Virus record (IMG/VR): IMGVR_UViG_3300047458_000106
Source of the DNA: an uncultured virus (IMG/VR IMGVR_UViG_3300047458_000106)
Lineage: Duplodnaviria > Heunggongvirae > Uroviricota > Caudoviricetes
DNA: 64,000 nt
Strand: one strand, 5' to 3'
The notes under the pieces are model-generated. The model was not told where the DNA came from, ran no database searches, and was given only the letters and a program-made list of their open reading frames with translations. Within the stretch, counting starts at the first letter, position 1; every line of letters begins with the position of its first letter. Made by a program: the position numbers and the translations under genes. Shown piece by piece: positions 9,364-17,413 of the stretch.

Positions 9364-9720
9364 ATGACTCAAATATTTAATAGAGGTGGTTCTCTACGAT
9401 ACGACATGAAGGGTAAAAAACGTAAGAATCATCTAGCAAATCCAGTCAAAAAACCCACTAGAGTACTCGCAAAACAGAAAGAAGTATCTCCAGAAGTATT
9501 AAAAGAAGTCAAAAGAAAACAAGAAGAACGAGAACTTGCAAAGCAAGATTTCTTTGAAAGACTTAAAAAGTCAGTAGGTAATACTGCTAAACAAGAAACA
9601 AAAGTATATTCTGGTGAGAGAAAACTTATGGGCATCGCAACGATGCATAAGTCTAATGCAGTACCAGTATTCGAAGATGATAAAAAACTTGCAAAAGATA
9701 TCGCAAAAATGCGAAGATAA
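9364..9720 (+). CDS. Basic hypothetical early protein
   Basis: C-terminal GIATMHKSNAVPVF motif recalled from T4-like phage hypotheticals. Confidence 0.75.
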   Translation: MTQIFNRGGSLRYDMKGKKRKNHLANPVKKPTRVLAKQKEVSPEVLKEVKRKQEERELAKQDFFERLKKSVGNTAKQETKVYSGERKLMGIATMHKSNAVPVFEDDKKLAKDIAKMRR

Positions 9721-9723
9721 GGG

Positions 9724-9752
9724 TTGACAAATGTTGTTAGTCTTGTTATAAT
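9724..9752 (+). promoter_or_regulatory. Sigma70-type early promoter
   Basis: TTGACA-N17-TATAAT. Confidence 0.85.
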
Positions 9753-9777
9753 AACAACATAAATTAGAGAGGTAAAA

Positions 9778-9969
9778 ATGTCAAATCAATTTAACGAAGC
9801 AATCAAAGACAACATTGAAATGCAAGTCTTGAGTGCAAATTATACAATCGAAGAATTATTAGATGAACTTCAAATGACTTATCAAGAAGCAATTGAAGAA
9901 GGGTTTGATTACGATAAGTTATTAGATTTATTAATTGAAAAGAGATTCGATGAATCTCCACAACTTTAA
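9778..9969 (+). CDS. Small acidic hypothetical protein
   Basis: SD GAGAGG directly after the promoter. Confidence 0.7.
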   Translation: MSNQFNEAIKDNIEMQVLSANYTIEELLDELQMTYQEAIEEGFDYDKLLDLLIEKRFDESPQL

Positions 9970-9988
9970 CAGAGATAGAGAGGTAAAT

Positions 9989-10408
9989 ATGTCAGTTAGT
10001 TATAGAGAAAGAAAGTTATCAAAAGTACTTAATCTTTTGAAAGGCGAAAAAGAGAAAGAATATTTTCTTTCACTTTATAATAGTCTACCAGCAATATCTA
10101 AAACATATATGAAAGATGCTTTAGCATTTCAAGTATATGAAAGATTTCAAAACGAAGAACTTGACTCTTTGGGTTATGGTATTCTTAGTGATTTTTCTCC
10201 ACAAACAGATATCATTGAATCATTTTATTACGAATGCAGAGATAAAACTGATTTTGTAAAATCATTTCATTCTGCAATCACTAGATTAATTTGGAGAGAA
10301 AGACTTGAGAATCATAAAGCATTTTATCTTTATGATAGTAATTCTCCAATGTTGTTTCAAGAACGACATGGTTTACATGCTAAATCTGTAAAAGAAGGTG
10401 CATCATGA
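9989..10408 (+). CDS. Hypothetical protein
   Basis: SD GAGAGG before ATG 9989. Confidence 0.7.
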   Translation: MSVSYRERKLSKVLNLLKGEKEKEYFLSLYNSLPAISKTYMKDALAFQVYERFQNEELDSLGYGILSDFSPQTDIIESFYYECRDKTDFVKSFHSAITRLIWRERLENHKAFYLYDSNSPMLFQERHGLHAKSVKEGAS

Positions 10409-10971
10409 TTGACGGTGTAAATTTGACAGATTGTAAAACATTAGAAGAATACTGCGAAAAGAAAACTGCAGAATACAAAGCAAATGGTTGGTCAACAGTC
10501 AGTTGTCAAATAGAATTTTACAACGATGCTGGTGTGTATACTCTTGAAGATGCCATCAAATGGGAACTTTATGGTACGTATTCAGACATACATAAAGATG
10601 CTCGTGGGTTTAGACCTAGATTTAACTTTTTAGAGTATACTGTAAACGAACTTGAAGAAATGATTGACGATGTTTCAGAAGAAGCAAAAGAAATTGCAGA
10701 AATGGAACGAAGAGAAGAAAGACGTGCATGGGTAAATCTTAGAAAAGAAATTATTGACCATGCAGAGTATTTTAATATTTCTTTGAAAAAATCATTAGAA
10801 GAAAATATCATAAAAGCAGATGTTATGTATGGTGACACTGGTCAAGTAGATTTAGGGTATTACTGTTATAAAAGAGGTATACCTTTTTCAAAGTACAAGA
10901 TTATTACTAAAGTCTTAGAGCAAAAAGTCGAAGAGAAATATGGTGATAAAATAGTAAACATAGAGGTGTGA
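10405..10971 (+). CDS. Hypothetical phage protein
   Basis: YSDIHKDARGFRPR motif; ATGA overlap with the upstream gene. Confidence 0.7.
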   Translation: MIDGVNLTDCKTLEEYCEKKTAEYKANGWSTVSCQIEFYNDAGVYTLEDAIKWELYGTYSDIHKDARGFRPRFNFLEYTVNELEEMIDDVSEEAKEIAEMERREERRAWVNLRKEIIDHAEYFNISLKKSLEENIIKADVMYGDTGQVDLGYYCYKRGIPFSKYKIITKVLEQKVEEKYGDKIVNIEV

Positions 10972-10975
10972 TAAT

Positions 10976-11161
10976 ATGAAACTTGTTTTAAAAACATACA
11001 AAGGTGATATCTTATCAAGGGTTGAACAAAAAGAACCCTTGTCAAAAAGATATTTAATTGAAAGAGAAAGTGGCGAAGTGATTCAGTTAAACTGTTATCA
11101 TTATGGACCACATCAAGCAGAAGCAATATTGAGAGGTGAACCATGGGTTATACACAAGTAG
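10976..11161 (+). CDS. Small hypothetical protein
   Basis: SD GAGGTG; fills the gap in the operon. Confidence 0.6.
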   Translation: MKLVLKTYKGDILSRVEQKEPLSKRYLIERESGEVIQLNCYHYGPHQAEAILRGEPWVIHK

Positions 11162-11163
11162 TC

Positions 11164-11192
11164 TTGACAATTTTTGTTTCATTGTATATAAT
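11164..11192 (+). promoter_or_regulatory. Sigma70-type early promoter
   Basis: TTGACA-N17-TATAAT. Confidence 0.85.
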
Positions 11193-11222
11193 ACTACTTT
11201 TAACATATATGGGTATAGTATA

Positions 11223-11456
11223 ATGATTATAATTGATTTATTAATAATTGGTGGTTTTATTGGTATTGGCATCATCATAGCATCTTTGATAGTTAAAGAT
11301 GTACGAAAAAGTCTTAAAGTGAAAAAACATATTGATAATCTACCAGAAAAAAGAGAAGATAGACCAGGTGTTGCAATAAGTAATAAACCACCACTTACTG
11401 GTAAAGGTCAATTTGATAAACAAAGAACTACGTATACAGAAGGTGACAATACATGA
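11223..11456 (+). CDS. Small protein with N-terminal TM helix
   Basis: MIIIDLLIIGGFIGIGIIIASLIV; start placed downstream of the promoter. Confidence 0.6.
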   Translation: MIIIDLLIIGGFIGIGIIIASLIVKDVRKSLKVKKHIDNLPEKREDRPGVAISNKPPLTGKGQFDKQRTTYTEGDNT

Positions 11457-12037
11457 ATGTTTTTTATTTAGACCACCACACACAGAGGTGTGCAAAGCAA
11501 CATGTAGATAAACATGTTGTCAAAATGATAGTTGAGTATGCTCAGTTATTATCAACTGCTCACAGAGTTTTAGATGGTGAAGAATATGAAGGCAGAACTG
11601 CAAACAATCGCAGAATTCGTAGATTTAAAATGGCAGATTCAAACATAGAAAATACATTGTATAAAGCAAGTCATATTAATCACCCAAGTGCAATATGGGT
11701 CAGACAGAGTTCTCAACATTATCGATGGTTGTATCGTTTGTTTATGTGGTTGTGTGTTGAATATACGTATCGATATGGTAAAATTCATTCTACAGAGAGA
11801 TTACTAGGTAAATTACTAGGTAATATTCCTAAGAATATAAAAGACAATGGGTTCGTAGAACCTCCACAAGCAATGCCAGATTATTGTAAAATACCTGGTG
11901 ATTCAATCAAAGCATATCAAAAATATTATGTTGAAGAAAAGATTGGGTTTGCAAAGTGGACTAAACGTGATATACCAAATTGGTTTGTCGCAGAAGCATA
12001 TGCAGGATTTGGTGAACCCGCTGGTTATGCCAGTTAG
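11453..12037 (+). CDS. Pyrimidine-dimer DNA glycosylase-like (DenV-related) family protein
   Basis: MNVFYLD...DKHVVKMIVEYAQLLSTAH...HINHPSAIW...PPQAMPD signature. Confidence 0.7.
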   Translation: MNVFYLDHHTQRCAKQHVDKHVVKMIVEYAQLLSTAHRVLDGEEYEGRTANNRRIRRFKMADSNIENTLYKASHINHPSAIWVRQSSQHYRWLYRLFMWLCVEYTYRYGKIHSTERLLGKLLGNIPKNIKDNGFVEPPQAMPDYCKIPGDSIKAYQKYYVEEKIGFAKWTKRDIPNWFVAEAYAGFGEPAGYAS

Positions 12038-12074
12038 GTTTTAATTTAAATGTCAAACATACGAGAGGTATAAA

Positions 12075-12770
12075 ATGGCGAGACAAATAGGTAAAGAAGC
12101 ACTTCCATCAATGATGAAGTATGCTTTTAATGATGGTAAGATACCAGAGAAAGAAAAACAGTATATCAAAATGATATTGACTGGTGGTAGTTCATCTGGT
12201 GTATATAAAGAAGAACTAGTTCTTCATAAGTTAGGTTATGAGTTAAATGAAAATACTCATGATTATGATGGGTATGTAGACGGCAGACCAGTAGAAGTAA
12301 AATCTGAGTCTTATATTCCTTTATCAGAAACAAATAAGACAAAAAAAGCATGTAGTGGTGCTATTGCATTTGGTTCTCCAGCAAATCCAAAACAAAAAGC
12401 AAATCAGTTTAGTAAAGATGACATGTTATGTGTAGTAACTAGTTGGACATCTAATGGTAAATGTATTGCTATATTTGAGTTTGATTGGAAAGATTCTGAA
12501 CTTCACAGTAAAATGAAAACATACAAACCAAATTCATCTTCTGCATTTAAAGGAACTGCAAACGATTTTAAAGATTGTAAAAGTTTGACAGTTAGTTATG
12601 CAAATCCTAAATATTTTAAATATTTAAGTTCAACAATGCAAGAAATTGTAAAACCTAGTATCATGGCAGATATAGATGCTTTATCTAAAGAAGAAATTCT
12701 AGCAGAAGTTTGTAAAGGTAAAGGTGAACAACTTAAGGAAATGTATTTCGAATGTCTCATATCTTCTTAG
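12075..12770 (+). CDS. Putative PD-(D/E)xK endonuclease
   Basis: E...YDGYVDGRPVEVKSE catalytic-like motif; SD GAGAGG. Confidence 0.5.
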   Translation: MARQIGKEALPSMMKYAFNDGKIPEKEKQYIKMILTGGSSSGVYKEELVLHKLGYELNENTHDYDGYVDGRPVEVKSESYIPLSETNKTKKACSGAIAFGSPANPKQKANQFSKDDMLCVVTSWTSNGKCIAIFEFDWKDSELHSKMKTYKPNSSSAFKGTANDFKDCKSLTVSYANPKYFKYLSSTMQEIVKPSIMADIDALSKEEILAEVCKGKGEQLKEMYFECLISS

Positions 12771-13033
12771 AGTTAGAAAGAACTACAGTAGTTAAAACTC
12801 TTATAAATAACATTGTAGATATCAAATTTCTTAAAGAGAAAGATGGTGGTACAAGAGACATGAAATGTACTCTTATGGAATCTGAAATACCAGATGATAA
12901 AATGCCAAAGTCAGAAATGCTTTGGCACTATCAAGATACAGATAGAGTTATCAAAGTATTTGATTTAGATGTTCAACAGTGGAGAGCATTTCGTCTAGAG
13001 AATTTAATAAAGTTTGATATTGACTTTACTTGA
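12752..13033 (+). CDS. SH3/WYL_2-like beta-barrel protein
   Basis: FLKEKDGGTRDMKCTL...VFDLDVQQWRAFR. Confidence 0.7.
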   Translation: MSHIFLELERTTVVKTLINNIVDIKFLKEKDGGTRDMKCTLMESEIPDDKMPKSEMLWHYQDTDRVIKVFDLDVQQWRAFRLENLIKFDIDFT

Positions 13034-13048
13034 TTCTCCTGATATAAT
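13020..13048 (+). promoter_or_regulatory. Sigma70-type promoter
   Basis: TTGACT-N17-TATAAT. Confidence 0.75.
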
Positions 13049-13078
13049 ACAACGAATACAAATAATACGTGAGAATAC

Positions 13079-14611
13079 ATGGAAGAAGTAAAAGAAAGTG
13101 CATCGTATGATAATTATCTAGATACAGATAATAGAATTCAAGATGACTACAAAGCAACATTAGATAAGTATGTCGGCGAAGAACTGACTACTGCCCTCCC
13201 CGATAAAGTTTTAACAAGAGAAGAAAAAGCAGGTGTGCATAAAGTTTTGTATGTGCATTTTCGTAATGTCGATGACATGGTAGAATACTGCTCTTTGATT
13301 GGTCAATGTATAGACTACAAAACTAAAGTTGCATTTTATCCACAAGCAGACCCTGAGACTTCACTATTTGGTGAAGAAGAAGAACCTACTGGTATTAAGA
13401 TTGATAAAAACTTATTACTTCCTCGTTCTAAAAACAAGAGTGAGTCTGCATTAGATATTGAAGTCAATGAAGGTGTGACAGATGTAAATGCAAAATGGAA
13501 AGAACATTGGGTTGACATGCCAGAATATGTGCAAGAAGATAACCCATCGTTTCGTACAATACATATGCATTTTCGTACAGAAAAACATTATCAAGACTTT
13601 GCTAAACGTATTGGTCAAGAACTTACAGAAAAAACAAATGCTATCTGGCACCCTAAGTTAGATATTACAAAGAATAGATTTCTTCGATGGGTAGATGACG
13701 GGTTTACTTTTCCACTCAGACACCCAATGTATATTGTCTCGAAAGGTCGTGCAGATTCAATGATTACATCTAGGTCTTTATCACGTATGAAGATACCACA
13801 TTATATCGTAGTCGAACCACAAGACATGCAAGACTATGACAAAGCACTTGACACGTTTGATATTCGTGAATATGTGACATTATTAGAAGCACCATTTTCA
13901 AATCATGGTGATGGACCAGGTCGTGCAAGAAACTGGGCATGGGACCACTCAATTAGTATTGGTGCAACAAGTCATTGGGTACTAGATGATAATCTAGCAG
14001 ACTTCTACAGATTACATAACAATGAAAGAATACGATTCGAAAGTTCTACAGGTTTTCGTGTCATGGAAGATTTCGTTGACAGATACGATAATGTTTATAT
14101 TGCTGGTCCTCAGTATCGATTCTTTATCGCACCAAATCAAAAGTATCCACCATATGTTGCAAATACTAGAATCTATTCTTGTTTGTTAATACGTAACGAT
14201 TGTAAACACAGATGGCGTGGTAGATACAACGAAGATACAGATATTTGTTTAAGAGTTATGAAAGATGGCGATGTTTGTTTGCAGTTCAATGCATTCATGC
14301 AGGGTAAGATGGCAACTCAAACAGTTAGTGGTGGTAATACTGCAGAATTCTATCATGCAGAAAATACAGATGCAATGAAAGAAGGTTACAATACTGATGG
14401 TACTATTAATAAGTCTCAGATGCTGGCAGACATGCACCCAGACGTTGCCACGGTCGTCTGGCGATACGGAAGATGGCATCACCATGTAAACTATAATCCA
14501 TTTAAGAAAAACAAACTTAAATTCAAAGACAACATACATCTATCTACAGGTGTGAATAATTACAATATGATTCTCGATAGAAACTTTCAAGACCCGAGAT
14601 TCAGTAAGTGA
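13079..14611 (+). CDS. TET-associated/GREB1-like (TAGT) glycosyltransferase with a duplicated N-terminal domain
   Basis: YIVSKGR, YIVVEPQD, GPGRARNWAWDHS, HWVLDDN, RYNEDTD, GGNT; two HFR...IGQ...KT...(F/W)xP repeats. Confidence 0.75.
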   Translation: MEEVKESASYDNYLDTDNRIQDDYKATLDKYVGEELTTALPDKVLTREEKAGVHKVLYVHFRNVDDMVEYCSLIGQCIDYKTKVAFYPQADPETSLFGEEEEPTGIKIDKNLLLPRSKNKSESALDIEVNEGVTDVNAKWKEHWVDMPEYVQEDNPSFRTIHMHFRTEKHYQDFAKRIGQELTEKTNAIWHPKLDITKNRFLRWVDDGFTFPLRHPMYIVSKGRADSMITSRSLSRMKIPHYIVVEPQDMQDYDKALDTFDIREYVTLLEAPFSNHGDGPGRARNWAWDHSISIGATSHWVLDDNLADFYRLHNNERIRFESSTGFRVMEDFVDRYDNVYIAGPQYRFFIAPNQKYPPYVANTRIYSCLLIRNDCKHRWRGRYNEDTDICLRVMKDGDVCLQFNAFMQGKMATQTVSGGNTAEFYHAENTDAMKEGYNTDGTINKSQMLADMHPDVATVVWRYGRWHHHVNYNPFKKNKLKFKDNIHLSTGVNNYNMILDRNFQDPRFSK

Positions 14612-15666
14612 AAATAGTTTTACCCTACTCAGCACATAAAGGTTTTGATGTCAATTCAACCAAGATGGTTGGTGGCATAGAAAAGTTTATTAAAGATGTC
14701 GCAGATAATTTTGATGTCTTACCTGTTCGTGTGACAGAAGAAGATAAGAAAGCAAACAAGATAAGACAGATAATTGAATCAGCAATTGGTCGACACGAAC
14801 CAGATATGCTTATGTTAAATCAATTGGGTATGGGTAATTATCTTTCGAAACTAGGCATACCAATCGTTGCAATCTGGCATGAACCACTGATTAGAACTAT
14901 TGCACTTGAAAACAAATGCAACTATTTAAAACAATTGCAATCGTTAAATGCTCATGTTTATATGGTAAGTGAATATCAAGAAGAATGGTTTAGAGAGCAA
15001 TCAATTAGAACTACTGGGTCAGACTTCGATGAAATACATGGTCACATTCACCCGTCTTATTTAAAAGGTGATGAAGTAGTTTATGCTAAAAAACCTTATG
15101 ACGTTGGCACGATTGGGTCTGCATATGAAAGCAAGAATCCATTCTACGTTCACAAACAATCTGTTAACGAACTAGACAGTTTAGTGTTAACAAATGATAT
15201 TGCATATAAAAGTAATGCAGAATATTTAGATAAGAATAGACATTGGCAAGAACCACAGACAACTTTGTTTGACTTAGACCATAATGTTGTTCTTGAAACA
15301 ATAGCAAAATGTAAAGTATTCTGTTCAACATGTCCAGAAGAATCATATGGTATTACTGCTCAAGAGGCATTGGGTCATGGATTACCTGCAATATTAATTA
15401 CAGATAAATCTAATAAACATGCAAGTGAATCAATAGCAGTACATAAAACTCACTATCGTAAACTACCGAAGAGTTGTAGTAAAGCAGACTTCGTTGCAAC
15501 AGTAAAAGAGTTAAGTAAATTACCACATACAACTAGACTAGACATTTCAGAAAAAACTAAAGAAAAACATAGTCTACAAAATTGGAAACAACAACTGAAA
15601 AATATCTTCGATAAACGTCTCGCAGACAAGAATGTAAAAAATTCACTGGTTGACTTTTTCGTTTAA
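14608..15666 (+). CDS. GT-B fold glycosyltransferase (GT4-like)
   Basis: GGIEKF, VSEYQ, ESYGITAQEALGHGLP (ExFG-x4-EA motif); GTGA overlap with the upstream gene. Confidence 0.8.
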   Translation: MKIVLPYSAHKGFDVNSTKMVGGIEKFIKDVADNFDVLPVRVTEEDKKANKIRQIIESAIGRHEPDMLMLNQLGMGNYLSKLGIPIVAIWHEPLIRTIALENKCNYLKQLQSLNAHVYMVSEYQEEWFREQSIRTTGSDFDEIHGHIHPSYLKGDEVVYAKKPYDVGTIGSAYESKNPFYVHKQSVNELDSLVLTNDIAYKSNAEYLDKNRHWQEPQTTLFDLDHNVVLETIAKCKVFCSTCPEESYGITAQEALGHGLPAILITDKSNKHASESIAVHKTHYRKLPKSCSKADFVATVKELSKLPHTTRLDISEKTKEKHSLQNWKQQLKNIFDKRLADKNVKNSLVDFFV

Positions 15667-15678
15667 ATATGTTATAAT
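15650..15678 (+). promoter_or_regulatory. Sigma70-type promoter
   Basis: TTGACT-N17-TATAAT. Confidence 0.75.
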
Positions 15679-15705
15679 AGCATTTTAGACGAGAGGTATA
15701 TAAAT

Positions 15706-16095
15706 ATGAATAGAGAACTATTTGTGAAAAAAAGAAAAGTATATAAACAAAACCCGAAACCATTTGAATGGGAACATGGTAGTTATAATGCTGGTGAAAT
15801 AATAAATGGCAGTTGGGTATACTACGACTACTATGGCAAAGACGTTGACAATCCAGAAAATAATAGATACGAAGAAAATCCCCATACTTTTAAATGGGCA
15901 TTTACAGACGATAAGTATAATAATTATACAAGTCTTATCATAACTTGGAAACACATAAAGATAATCGAGAACAATGCACCTGTCACACCCTATGGTTTGA
16001 AAAGGTGGATATGTGACGTAATCTTAAAGGAACAAAATGACGAAACAAGAGAAAGAAACAACAAAAAAGCAAGAGAAAGAAGAAGCAGTAAATAA
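15706..16095 (+). CDS. Hypothetical protein
   Basis: SD GAGAGG; follows a promoter. Confidence 0.65.
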   Translation: MNRELFVKKRKVYKQNPKPFEWEHGSYNAGEIINGSWVYYDYYGKDVDNPENNRYEENPHTFKWAFTDDKYNNYTSLIITWKHIKIIENNAPVTPYGLKRWICDVILKEQNDETRERNNKKARERRSSK

Positions 16096-16309
16096 TAATT
16101 TTCTGACAAAGAAAAAGTTTACTGAAATGATTCTTGAATCTGTTAAGAATGATGGACATGGATACATTGATGCTATTGTCCATATATGTGAAAAGAACAA
16201 CATAGAATTAGAAGACATAAAAAAATATATATCTCCAGCAATCAAAGACCAAGTTGAAGCAGAAGGTATGGATTTGCATATGTTACCTAAAGGGAATACA
16301 TTGTTTTAA
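16037..16309 (+). CDS. gp33: Late-transcription coactivator gp33
   Basis: YIDAIVHICEKNNIELEDIKKYISPAIKDQVEAEGMDLHMLPK; next to gp32. Confidence 0.85.
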   Translation: MTKQEKETTKKQEKEEAVNNNFLTKKKFTEMILESVKNDGHGYIDAIVHICEKNNIELEDIKKYISPAIKDQVEAEGMDLHMLPKGNTLF

Positions 16310-16326
16310 ACAATGTTAAATAATGC

Positions 16327-16355
16327 TTGACTTTATTTGTGCAAACAAGTATAAT
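16327..16355 (+). promoter_or_regulatory. Sigma70-type promoter of gp32
   Basis: TTGACT-N17-TATAAT. Confidence 0.8.
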
Positions 16356-16419
16356 GACAGCAATTTTATATTATGTGTAAGTGGACAAAAATAATACAAC
16401 GAATACAAAGGAGAAATAC

Positions 16420-17346
16420 ATGTCATTCGCAAACTTAAAGACCAATAGAACAGATGTCTCAAAACTCGTTTCAGCGGTGCAAGAAGCATCGGGTGCCACA
16501 ACTCAGAAGAAATCGTATGAAGACGAAAGATTCTGGAAACCAACTGTCGATGAATCAGGTAATGGGTATGCCGTTATTAGATTCTTACCAGCAGGTGAAG
16601 GTCAAGAATTACCATGGGTAAGATACTTTGACCACTTCTTCAAGGGCCCTACAGGTCAATGGTATGTAGAGAAGTCTCTTACATCTATTGGTCAAAAAGA
16701 CCCATTGGGTGAATTGAATTCTAGATTATGGAATTCTGGTATAGATGCAGATAAAGAAACTGCAAGAAATCAAAAACGTAGACTACACCATGTAGTAAAC
16801 ATTCTTGTTGTCTCAGACCCTGCAAACCGTGCCAATGAAGGTAAAGTCTTTTTATATGACTTTGGTAAAAAAATCATGGACAAGATTATGGACGTGATGC
16901 AACCTCAATTCCCTGGTGAAGAACCTGTCAATCCGTTTGACTTTTGGAATGGTGCAGACTTTGAACTAAAGATTACTAATGTTGCTGGTTACAGAAACTA
17001 CGATAAATCTTCATTCAAACCTACTACATCATTATACGATGCAGACGAAACAAAACTAGAAGCAACATATAATGCTATGTTTGATGTTGCTGAGTTCGTT
17101 GAACCTACCAACTATAAAACATATGATGAACTAAAACAGAGATTATCTGTAGTTCTGGGTGAAGCAGTTGGTGAAGGTATGACTCAAAAAAGTGAGGACT
17201 TAACTAAGACCGCAGAAGCAGTTGAACCATCTTCGATGGAAACACCTGTCGTATCTGCAAGTGCGCCAGCACCAGAAGTTAATGCTACTGAATCAGATGA
17301 TGAAACTTTGAGTTATTTTGCTAAACTGGCAAATGACGAATCGTAA
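16420..17346 (+). CDS. gp32: Single-stranded DNA-binding protein gp32
   Basis: DERFWKP, GNGYAVIRFLP, GKKIMDKI, NPFDFWNGADF, acidic tail ending LSYFAKLA; SD AGGAG. Confidence 0.97.
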   Translation: MSFANLKTNRTDVSKLVSAVQEASGATTQKKSYEDERFWKPTVDESGNGYAVIRFLPAGEGQELPWVRYFDHFFKGPTGQWYVEKSLTSIGQKDPLGELNSRLWNSGIDADKETARNQKRRLHHVVNILVVSDPANRANEGKVFLYDFGKKIMDKIMDVMQPQFPGEEPVNPFDFWNGADFELKITNVAGYRNYDKSSFKPTTSLYDADETKLEATYNAMFDVAEFVEPTNYKTYDELKQRLSVVLGEAVGEGMTQKSEDLTKTAEAVEPSSMETPVVSASAPAPEVNATESDDETLSYFAKLANDES

Positions 17347-17373
17347 AACTTGTTAATATAAAAACAAGTTTTT

Positions 17374-17413
17374 AAGGGCGATACTAATTACCTCTCAGTA
17401 TCGCCCTTTTTTT
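17374..17413 (+). terminator. Intrinsic terminator between convergent transcription units
   Basis: 12-bp stem aagggcgatact/agtatcgccctt plus T-tract; a second AT-rich hairpin at about 17345-17372. Confidence 0.85.

Noticed and set aside
16310..16419. Absence of gp59 between gp33 and gp32
   Set aside because: Gene order varies among T4-like phages and gp59 may lie outside the window; not assessable here
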